20,000 bases of DNA. It comes from an uncultured virus (IMG/VR IMGVR_UViG_3300021602_000281). Its lineage: Duplodnaviria; Heunggongvirae; Uroviricota; Caudoviricetes. Shown here one piece after another: positions 1 to 7,548 of the stretch. A program made the translations under genes and the position numbers. The notes beneath the pieces were generated by a model. It was not told the origin of the DNA. It did not search any database and worked only from the letters and a program-made list of their open reading frames with translations. Position 1 is the first letter of the stretch, and each line of letters starts with the position of its first letter. The stretch lies in IMG/VR virus record IMGVR_UViG_3300021602_000281; one strand, written 5' to 3'.

Positions 1-93
1 TGCCAAGTGAATTGTAGTTACCGCAGTTGTTCCCGAACTGTTAACTAGTATATTTGCCGCTGTTGTTGTTAATGCTGTGTTTGTGATTGCCAT
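1..93 (-). CDS. 5' part of a putative virion structural protein (runs off window)
   Basis: ATG at 93 (minus), open to the window edge: MAITNTALTTTAANILVNSSGTTAVTTIHLA. Thr/Ala/Asn-rich like its neighbours and starts 12 nt after the upstream stop. Confidence 0.7.
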   Translation of the reverse strand, partial: MAITNTALTTTAANILVNSSGTTAVTTIHLA

Positions 94-105
94 TTTAAAT
101 TAGTC

Positions 106-702
106 CTATCCGAATACAATACTGTAAGCAACTGCCTTACTTTTTGTCACAAGCTCTTGAGCTGTGTATGTGCTATTAGTTATATACAAACCCGATCCAC
201 CGCCCGATGGCGTTTGTGCATACACTACATTATAACCTGCAACTGCTGTTGGTGCCACTGTGGTATTTTTTATAGCAACGTTATCATCAAATTTTACAGT
301 ATGCATGGTTGAACTGTATATACTATACGTACTCATATCTAAATTAGATACTGATAAACTACCGCTTGTGGCTATGTTAGCAAATGTGCTTCCGTCTGAA
401 CTTATCTGCCAGTTCGTGACGTTTTCATTCCACCGTAATGCAACGTTGGAACCTAATGATCCTCTATCAATTTGAATACCAGAAAAGCCGGGACTTGACA
501 CACCAGCATTTGTTTCGCCTTTATTCAATACAACAATATTATCTGTAATGTCTGTGTTTGTGTGACTAATACTCTGACTGTTACCACCAATTTGTAAGTT
601 ACCATCAATGAATAAGGTGCCAGTTGAGATTACTACATTTGCACCTGCAGTTTCTTTGTTGGTTATGGTATAATTACCTAATATTCTTTTTGTGGTTGCC
701 AT
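106..702 (-). CDS. Putative virion structural protein (Ser/Thr/Gly/Asn-rich, beta-rich)
   Basis: 198 aa ORF downstream of the capsid module, preceded by TAAATA (725-730) and AAGG. Composition is typical of virion/fibre-like proteins. Confidence 0.65.
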   Translation of the reverse strand: MATTKRILGNYTITNKETAGANVVISTGTLFIDGNLQIGGNSQSISHTNTDITDNIVVLNKGETNAGVSSPGFSGIQIDRGSLGSNVALRWNENVTNWQISSDGSTFANIATSGSLSVSNLDMSTYSIYSSTMHTVKFDDNVAIKNTTVAPTAVAGYNVVYAQTPSGGGSGLYITNSTYTAQELVTKSKAVAYSIVFG

Positions 703-724
703 CGTAAATAACCTTATTTTAGTA

Positions 725-730
725 TATTTA
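725..730 (-). promoter_or_regulatory. TAAATA late-promoter core
   Basis: Core of the T4 late promoter TATAAATA, just downstream of a terminator and upstream of 106..702. The same motif recurs before other structural genes. Confidence 0.6.
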
Positions 731-759
731 GCCCAAGTTAATAGATTGTTTTTTCAAAT

Positions 760-783
760 AAAAAGGGACCGAAGTCCCTTTTT
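760..783 (-). terminator. Rho-independent terminator with C(UUCG)G tetraloop
   Basis: Minus strand reads AAAAAGGGAC-TTCG-GTCCCTTTTT, directly after the stop of 802..1245. Confidence 0.9.
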
Positions 784-801
784 ACATAATGCTAACTTAA
801 A

Positions 802-1245
802 TTAATAAGCAGAAACGTTTGCAAAACCAGCACCAGCAACGGTTGGGGTTAATACATAACGATACTTGTTACCAGCAAAATCGTAAACAAATTTGTTAGT
901 AATACGACTTGCATTAAATGCTGCGTTGGCTGAGGTATATCCAGAAATGCTGCCTTGGCTAGCTGTTCGTAGACCACCTGTTGCATTAACTAGTGTTACT
1001 GTTGTAATGCTAGTACCTGCTGAAGCAGAATTTGCTACACGGAATTTACGTGATCCTTTTTGTGCAATAATATAACCGTGAGTCACTTGTGCATTTGCTG
1101 TAGTGTTGTACGATACATCAATTGTTTTTACACCAGTTGTTGTGATAGATTGACTTGGGCCACCTGTACCACCAGCTGCTCCAGGTATGTCTTGACTATG
1201 CAATGTGCCGTTTGTTTCTTTATAAGCGATTTTTAACTTTGCCAT
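802..1245 (-). CDS. Putative virion protein (possible head decoration/outer capsid protein)
   Basis: 147 aa, Ala/Gly/Thr-rich, strong SD (AAAGGAG), own TAAATA promoter and terminator, immediately after the major capsid gene. Confidence 0.6.
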   Translation of the reverse strand: MAKLKIAYKETNGTLHSQDIPGAAGGTGGPSQSITTTGVKTIDVSYNTTANAQVTHGYIIAQKGSRKFRVANSASAGTSITTVTLVNATGGLRTASQGSISGYTSANAAFNASRITNKFVYDFAGNKYRYVLTPTVAGAGFANVSAY

Positions 1246-1318
1246 TTTATTTTCTCCTTTAAATAGCGTTCTAGGCTACCCGAAGTGGCTATACTCCAAG
1301 AATTCTTATGAACATAAC

Positions 1319-1324
1319 TATTTA
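1319..1324 (-). promoter_or_regulatory. TAAATA late-promoter core (CATAAATA)
   Basis: Lies between the capsid terminator and the 147-aa gene. Confidence 0.6.
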
Positions 1325-1335
1325 TGGTACAGCCA

Positions 1336-1366
1336 ACAAAAAAGGCAACCGAAGTTGCCTTTTTGT
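1336..1366 (-). terminator. Rho-independent terminator after major capsid gene, C(UUCG)G loop
   Basis: Minus strand reads ACAAAAAGGCAAC-TTCG-GTTGCCTTTTTTGT, about 30 nt after the gp23 stop. Confidence 0.9.
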
Positions 1367-1398
1367 ACCTTCCCATCCCTGGGTTAGTTATTCCAATA

Positions 1399-2577
1399 TT
1401 ATTGGAATGATAGATTTGCTACAGCGATTTCGCCAACGTAGTCACCAGCGTTACCTAAAGATGATGCTGTGTTTGTTAACTCAACATATCCGTAACGTGT
1501 CATGAACGATACGACTGGTTCAAAAGTGCTTGGATCTAGAACAACACCAGAGCTCATCAAAGGAATATAAGGGCAATAGAACGCAGCTGCATCAGCTTCG
1601 CTAGAACCTTTATAACCAACTAGAACTGCTTGGCTGTCATTTGCATAACCGTCAACATAAATCTTCATTGCACCGTTCAATGTACCAACAAACTTAGTGT
1701 TTGTAGGAGCTTCAAAAGTACCTTCTGTTGTACGGGCAAATGCGCTTGTTGTAGCAGATTGTAATACTGTTAATGCAGCTGGGGAAACAACAGCCCAGTT
1801 ACCAGCACCACGACGTGTACGCTGAGCGATCAAGTTAGCTGTACGGTTGACTAGAACAGCTAAAGCAGCGTGTTCGTCACCAACGAATGTAGCAGTACCT
1901 GAAACGGCAGCTTGGTCGAATGTGAAGTCAGTTGCGGCAAGAGCACGTAGTGAACCAAGAATCTCTTGATCAATTTCTACAGTGATTTCTTGTGCTAAAG
2001 CAGCCATAATTTCAGCTTCAACATCTAAACCGTGCATGGATTGTGCATCCTGAGCGGCTTCAAATGTCCAACGAGCTGACAATTTGCGTGTCTTAGCTTC
2101 AACAACTTGTTTCAAGATTTGAACGTTGATACGGTTACCAGCAACACCTTCTAATGCGGATGTTGAAGTAGCTTGACCAGTAGATGAACTACCAGAGTAT
2201 GCAACAGCAATCTTAAATGGGCTCAATGCTTCATCACCAGCAGCAGTGGATGTTGCGTATGCGCTTGAATCAGTTTGGTTGTCAGCGTAACGTACACGTA
2301 GTGTATGGATCTGTGCAACTGGACCTGTCATTGGTTGTACACCAACGATTTCGTTAGCGATAACAGTTGGCATAACACGACGGATAACAGGTAGAATAAC
2401 ACGGTTAAGTGTTGCTACGTTACCAGCTTGTGTTGCACCGCCTGAAGCGTTTTCTGCTAACATCTTGCGAGTGTTTTCTAAAATCACACCCATTGTGGTT
2501 CTCTTCGAACCTTGTAGGCCTTCTAGCAGGGCATCTTTTGTTTCGCCCCAACGGCTTTCTAATAATGCTTGTGTCAT
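1399..2577 (-). CDS. gp23: Major capsid protein, T4 gp23-like
   Basis: Hallmark gp23 segments: LPVIRRVMPTVIANEIVGVQPMTGP, AKTRKLSARWTFEAAQD, VGYKGSSEADAAAFYCPYIPL, FMTRYG. Follows the protease and scaffold genes. Confidence 0.96.
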   Translation of the reverse strand: MTQALLESRWGETKDALLEGLQGSKRTTMGVILENTRKMLAENASGGATQAGNVATLNRVILPVIRRVMPTVIANEIVGVQPMTGPVAQIHTLRVRYADNQTDSSAYATSTAAGDEALSPFKIAVAYSGSSSTGQATSTSALEGVAGNRINVQILKQVVEAKTRKLSARWTFEAAQDAQSMHGLDVEAEIMAALAQEITVEIDQEILGSLRALAATDFTFDQAAVSGTATFVGDEHAALAVLVNRTANLIAQRTRRGAGNWAVVSPAALTVLQSATTSAFARTTEGTFEAPTNTKFVGTLNGAMKIYVDGYANDSQAVLVGYKGSSEADAAAFYCPYIPLMSSGVVLDPSTFEPVVSFMTRYGYVELTNTASSLGNAGDYVGEIAVANLSFQ

Positions 2578-2602
2578 GATATTTCCTTTTCCTATTTAGG
2601 GT

Positions 2603-3712
2603 TTATTTAAGCCCTGCTAAACGTTTCATTTCATAAACATTGTTATATGTCTCTGAAGTTTCAACGGCAGTTTTAGCAGTTTTATCGCCAGTTACTGCTG
2701 TACGACTCTCAGTTAAAACAGCAGCTTTTGGGGCTACTTCTTTAACAGCGGAATTGTTCAACACAGCTGGTAGATACTTCTCGTATGCAGACTGAAGACG
2801 ATCAGTCGTTACACTTTCAAGTAAGTCACGCATAATTGCTGACTTTTCTTTGTTCAAAGGTTTCAACATCTCGCCAAGTTTTTCTTTGCGTTCTGCTGTT
2901 TCTTTGATAATACGTATTTCTTTTTCTTTTGTCTCAACTAGAGCTTGCTTATTTTTAATTGCCGAAACTGCTTCCGACAACTTATTAGTTACTAAATCTA
3001 CTGTAGATTGTAACTTACGGATCTGCTTGTTCTCATTTAAGTGAGTACCGGCAAATTCGCTAGCATACGCTTCAAATAGACGACGTCCAAACATGTTCTC
3101 GCGAGCAATTTGAATGTCTTCTTTTAGTTGAGTCAACTCTGACTCTAATGAACTGGTTACAGCCTCTTTAACAGCGACAGCGGATTGAGCAATGAACTTG
3201 GTTTGAAGTTCAGCTAATTTAGCTTTACCTTCACGAACTAGACGAACTTTAGTTTCCACTACAGCACGTTTGTCTGACTCAAATTCCTTGATTTCTTCTG
3301 CCAAAGCACGAATTACAAACTTTTCTAATTTGCCAACGGCACTTTCGTATTGTTTGCGGTCCGAGCGTAGTTCTTTAATTTCTTCTGATAGTTTTGATAC
3401 CATGAAATTATTGAACTTGCTTGCGCTTTCGACCATGTGTGTTTTAAACTTAACGCGGTCTTCTGCTAATTGTTTTTTTTCATCTGCAAACTCTGAGAGT
3501 TCAGCAGTGAGAGACTCAGTTACCATTTTGTCCAGAGCTTCAACCATAACTTGTTTATCGTGTTGATAACGTTGACTAAATTCTTCACGCAGTTCTGCAC
3601 GTACTTCTTCTTTAGCTTCGGTAATACGTGTTTCCCAAGCTTCGGAAATCGCTGTGCGAGTTTCTTCGTTAATAATTCCGTTATCCAACAGTGGTTTGAT
3701 AGCATCTAACAT
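2603..3712 (-). CDS. gp22: Prohead core scaffolding protein, T4 gp22-like
   Basis: 369 aa, Glu/Lys-rich coiled-coil protein between the prohead protease and MCP. Called mainly on synteny. Confidence 0.8.
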   Translation of the reverse strand: MLDAIKPLLDNGIINEETRTAISEAWETRITEAKEEVRAELREEFSQRYQHDKQVMVEALDKMVTESLTAELSEFADEKKQLAEDRVKFKTHMVESASKFNNFMVSKLSEEIKELRSDRKQYESAVGKLEKFVIRALAEEIKEFESDKRAVVETKVRLVREGKAKLAELQTKFIAQSAVAVKEAVTSSLESELTQLKEDIQIARENMFGRRLFEAYASEFAGTHLNENKQIRKLQSTVDLVTNKLSEAVSAIKNKQALVETKEKEIRIIKETAERKEKLGEMLKPLNKEKSAIMRDLLESVTTDRLQSAYEKYLPAVLNNSAVKEVAPKAAVLTESRTAVTGDKTAKTAVETSETYNNVYEMKRLAGLK

Positions 3713-3724
3713 TGGATATTTCTC

Positions 3725-4363
3725 CTATAGTTTCAAATCTTTGATAAGGCGGGTTACTGCCTCTTTCAGGTACTTCTGTACTCGTTGATTACCACTGGCT
3801 TCACGTGCCATTTCGAACACCTGATTTCCCCCACGCATATTCATTAAGCTCTCATAGATTGCTTTTGGATAGGCATGCGGAGCACTAGGCTGTGCTACAA
3901 CGTCCACGGTAATGATTTCAAAACCACTAACGTGTCCACTACTTTCGTTTACTTCCCCAGATCCACGTGAACTAACTCCTAGCTTAACGCCAGAAGTAAG
4001 CATAGCTCTTACAAGCTCGCCCATTGGGGTAGGTAATACTTTTAGTTTTCCAAAACCAGCAGGGCCATCCATCCACATTTCTGTGATCATATGGCTTACG
4101 CGGTCTAGATTAATCTTTAAATCGTCTGGATGATCCACTTCGCCTAAGACGGAGTAGCCACCTTTGATTTGATCATTAATTGTACCAACGGCTTTTTCAA
4201 TTTCGTGAACGGGGTAAACTCGTTCGTTAGCGTTTTTAACGCCTCCTTCGATGAATACCCCTTTCATATAGAGATCTTTACCTTTCCCGTCGGCTGCATC
4301 CTCGCTTAATACTTGGATACCAGCCCGGTCAAAAGTTAAGTTCTCTTTTAGGTACAAAGCCAT
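3725..4363 (-). CDS. gp21: Prohead protease, T4 gp21-like
   Basis: Motifs GVFIEGGVKNANERVYP, GEVDHP, LGVSSRGSG and DVVAQPSAPHAY are characteristic of gp21. Confidence 0.95.
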   Translation of the reverse strand: MALYLKENLTFDRAGIQVLSEDAADGKGKDLYMKGVFIEGGVKNANERVYPVHEIEKAVGTINDQIKGGYSVLGEVDHPDDLKINLDRVSHMITEMWMDGPAGFGKLKVLPTPMGELVRAMLTSGVKLGVSSRGSGEVNESSGHVSGFEIITVDVVAQPSAPHAYPKAIYESLMNMRGGNQVFEMAREASGNQRVQKYLKEAVTRLIKDLKL

Positions 4364-4376
4364 TTGTAGTTCCTAA

Positions 4377-5441
4377 TTATTTCTTGCCAGTATTTTGTAC
4401 TTGCACGGATTTTTTAGATACTGGAACCGATCCGTCAGTTGTTTGGCCTTCTTTACCATGTTCAGTGCTATAATCACCTTCTTTGGTTTTGAAGCTAGAC
4501 TTACCAGCGTTGCCGCCAGGAACGTTTACATTACCAGACTTTAGCTGACCTGGCTTTGGTGAGCTAGGAGCTGATGTACCGTCTTGATTCTGTTCGCCGC
4601 CTCTTGGAGTAGCAGTCTTGCCACCAAAGTCAGCACCTGGGCCAGTAATAGACTTGTCATTTACACTTGTCTTTTTACCAGTTGCACCAACTGCGTCGCC
4701 TTCGGAAGCGCCTGTTAGATTCATATCTTGAATCTTGTCAACGTATTCACGCATTAATTCTGTTGTAGATTGTTTACGGCTTTCAAATGGTTTGCCGCTT
4801 GTGCCTGATCCTGATTTACCAGAACCACTTGCACCAGAACCACTTTTCTTGTCATCAGCCGCTTTTTTCATCGACTCTTTCTTGTTACCGTCTTTATCTA
4901 GGTCTAAGAAGTCTGGTTTCTTACCTTCAGCAAACTGTTCTTCGCCTTGATCCATACTTTGTTCGTCGCCGCCCATGTCGTCCATACCTGGCTCTTCAGC
5001 TGGCATTTCATCGCCCATGTCAGCACCCATATCGTCGCCGCCAGTGTCGCCCATGATCTCGTCAAACTTAGCTAATAGCTCGTCTAACTTAGCATCAATG
5101 TTCATGACTGTTTCATCATGATTTGGCTCTGCGCCCATGTCATCACCTTCGATACCATGATCACCGTCCATTGGCAAATCGCCACTAACTTCGTCGTCTG
5201 CATCAACATCGTCAATGCTAAATTCGTCTTCTTCTTCGTGTACAGATTCTTCTGCGCCGATCTCGTCAACCATTTGACCAACTTGGTCTCCGGCAACTTG
5301 TTCTTCTACAGATTCTTCGTCTTCTATGATTGACTCATAGATATCACGGCTTTTTTCAACTACGATGTCGTGAAATAATTCACGGGCTTTTTGGTCTTCA
5401 TCATTAATGATGTACTCAATTAATTTCTCAAACTTGTTCAT
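4377..5441 (-). CDS. Acidic low-complexity prohead core/internal head protein
   Basis: 354 aa, Asp/Glu-rich N-half and Gly/Ser/Lys-rich C-half. Lies between portal and protease, where T4 has core genes 67/68. SD AAGGAG. Confidence 0.6.
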   Translation of the reverse strand: MNKFEKLIEYIINDEDQKARELFHDIVVEKSRDIYESIIEDEESVEEQVAGDQVGQMVDEIGAEESVHEEEDEFSIDDVDADDEVSGDLPMDGDHGIEGDDMGAEPNHDETVMNIDAKLDELLAKFDEIMGDTGGDDMGADMGDEMPAEEPGMDDMGGDEQSMDQGEEQFAEGKKPDFLDLDKDGNKKESMKKAADDKKSGSGASGSGKSGSGTSGKPFESRKQSTTELMREYVDKIQDMNLTGASEGDAVGATGKKTSVNDKSITGPGADFGGKTATPRGGEQNQDGTSAPSSPKPGQLKSGNVNVPGGNAGKSSFKTKEGDYSTEHGKEGQTTDGSVPVSKKSVQVQNTGKK

Positions 5442-5471
5442 GTGAACTCCTTTTAAATGGCTTTGTAAAGT

Positions 5472-5495
5472 TATTTACAAAACTACGTATATTTA
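5472..5495 (-). promoter_or_regulatory. Two TAAATA late-promoter cores (5472-5477, 5490-5495)
   Basis: Tandem motif in the intergenic gap upstream of the core-protease-scaffold-capsid run. Confidence 0.55.
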
Positions 5496-5547
5496 GGGGT
5501 TAAATGGGTGTTTTTTGACGAATTTGGCGAAGATACGCCTAAACTTA

Positions 5548-5781
5548 TTATAAGCCTGGGGCGCCGCCAGCTTCTGGGGCTGGTGCATACTGTTTTGCAA
5601 CTGCTGCTAACTTCTGCTCGTGTTCCAACTTACGCACATCGTGGCTTTGTCTTAATTGATTTAAGTGAGCCAATGTTACTCTTGAGCCCGCACGGCTATC
5701 GCTTTTTTTGGTTATATTGTGATCTTGTTTCTCATCACGGTAGCCAGTTGGTGCTGGGTCAAATAGTTCTAAAATGTACAT
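5548..5781 (-). CDS. Small hypothetical head-module protein
   Basis: 77 aa, co-oriented between portal and core protein. TAAATA at 5790-5795 lies just upstream. Confidence 0.7.
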   Translation of the reverse strand: MYILELFDPAPTGYRDEKQDHNITKKSDSRAGSRVTLAHLNQLRQSHDVRKLEHEQKLAAVAKQYAPAPEAGGAPGL

Positions 5782-5805
5782 AGTATAGCTATTTAACCTT
5801 TTTAA

Positions 5806-7515
5806 TTAAATTGTAGGAACCGCGCCAACCGCGCCTGCTGCACCTTGATTACCCGGCCCTGTTGCACCTGGTGCCGATTCGGGACCGCCGGCTTCTGGAT
5901 TGCTGGCTTCTGGGCCAAGTCCTTCTAAGTCACTTTGTATTCCGCCGGGACTTACACCAACACTACGCAAGCCAGGAGCATCGGGAGTTGCAATTTCTGT
6001 ATCTCCACGTTCTTCTGCAAACATTACTTCGTTTTCACTAATCTCTTGCTCAGTCATACCTAAATAACGTTTCATTAAGTAGCGTTTGCTCAGATAAGGA
6101 AATTGCTCTAACTGTGTAAATGTTGCGATACGAGCAGAGTCAATGTCTGCCTGGCGATATTGTGCAAAGTTTTGTGGTTCGTTAAACGACAATTCAAATA
6201 GTGATCCGTCGATATTAAATCCACGCCACTTCATAAACAGCTTAAACTCAGTGTCTAACGGATCAGCAACCATTGCCTGTAAACGCTGGCAGTATTGATT
6301 AAAGCGCCATTCTTGTATAAGTGCTGTACCCACACGACCGTCTGTGTATGCTTGGCTACCATCATCTGCTGTAGTGGGCAAGTAACTACTTGGTATACGC
6401 AAACCGCGGAATAACTTGTTAGTAAAGAAACGTAAGTCTGTAATTTCACCTAGATTGGCACCGCCGGGCAATACATCTACACTACTACCACGATTGTCTG
6501 CTGTTACAGGGAAAAAGTAATCTTCGTTTGTGCTCAATGGATTATATGTAGCATCCATCATATTACCACCACCCCCACCACTTTGTGATGGAATACGACG
6601 CTGATGGATTTCGTTCTTAATACGCTCAACAAACGCCATAGCCATATGACTTGGCATGTTGCCCACGTCAATTTTAAAGATTCTACGCTCTGGAGCACGT
6701 TGCACACGATAGATAATAATGCTATCTTCCAGCAATTCTTTTTGCTTAAAGACCTTAAAAATGTTCTCTAATACACTATTGCCAAACGGCCAAAATACAT
6801 CAAGCCCTTCTGTTAAACTAACGTGTACAATGTGTTCTGCAGCAATTGCCGCTTCGTTTTTAGCATGGCTAAAACGTGAACCACCACCAAATGGTGTGCT
6901 TGGCTGTACATAAGATCCGCTCGGGCCGCCTGTCTGCGGGTGATTTGAATTTGTATCAGTTGTTGCTACTGCTGTCATTGTTAAATTTTCAAAATTAGGA
7001 TTTAGATCCTTAATTAAGTATTGCTCGGGCTTTTTGCCTTCACCTTCGTTGACAATAACTTTTGTTACTTTAGACATTTCTGTCCACATTAGTTTAAAGT
7101 TTTGCGGATCACGTATAAAAACTTGATCGCCGTACTTTAACGTATTACGCATAATTTTAAATATGCGTTTGTTTAATTCGTTTAATGCGACCCACTGTTG
7201 CAACTGTTCTTTAAGAATCTTTACTTCGTTGTCGCTTGGTTGTTCTTTAAATTTAAGTGTAAATGCTGTGTGATTTTCTTGATTCTTTTGTGTGCAGAAC
7301 TCTGCCAAGATATCAAGAGCCGCATTTACTTCACTATCCATATCCATTTGTTCATATTGATTATAACGTTCAACACGGTTTGGATGACCAATATACACTT
7401 CAGGCAATTGGCTTTGGTAATTACGCATTCCTGGATCGGGTGCGCGGCCGCCACCTAATGGACTAATATTACTAGGAAGGTTTGATGTTTTAAAATATTT
7501 TTTCCAGCCGGCCAT
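5806..7515 (-). CDS. gp20: Portal vertex protein, T4 gp20-like
   Basis: Motifs LLEDSIIIYRVQRAPERRIFKIDVGNMP, EDYFFP and LFRGLRIPSSYL are characteristic of gp20. TAAATA at 7536-7541. Confidence 0.95.
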   Translation of the reverse strand: MAGWKKYFKTSNLPSNISPLGGGRAPDPGMRNYQSQLPEVYIGHPNRVERYNQYEQMDMDSEVNAALDILAEFCTQKNQENHTAFTLKFKEQPSDNEVKILKEQLQQWVALNELNKRIFKIMRNTLKYGDQVFIRDPQNFKLMWTEMSKVTKVIVNEGEGKKPEQYLIKDLNPNFENLTMTAVATTDTNSNHPQTGGPSGSYVQPSTPFGGGSRFSHAKNEAAIAAEHIVHVSLTEGLDVFWPFGNSVLENIFKVFKQKELLEDSIIIYRVQRAPERRIFKIDVGNMPSHMAMAFVERIKNEIHQRRIPSQSGGGGGNMMDATYNPLSTNEDYFFPVTADNRGSSVDVLPGGANLGEITDLRFFTNKLFRGLRIPSSYLPTTADDGSQAYTDGRVGTALIQEWRFNQYCQRLQAMVADPLDTEFKLFMKWRGFNIDGSLFELSFNEPQNFAQYRQADIDSARIATFTQLEQFPYLSKRYLMKRYLGMTEQEISENEVMFAEERGDTEIATPDAPGLRSVGVSPGGIQSDLEGLGPEASNPEAGGPESAPGATGPGNQGAAGAVGAVPTI

Positions 7516-7548
7516 ATATGTTCTCTCTTATGCTATATTTACCGTAGG

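Noticed and set aside
4795..4845. Short tandem repeats in the core-protein gene
   Set aside because: They simply encode the Ser-Gly low-complexity linker and are not an independent DNA repeat element.
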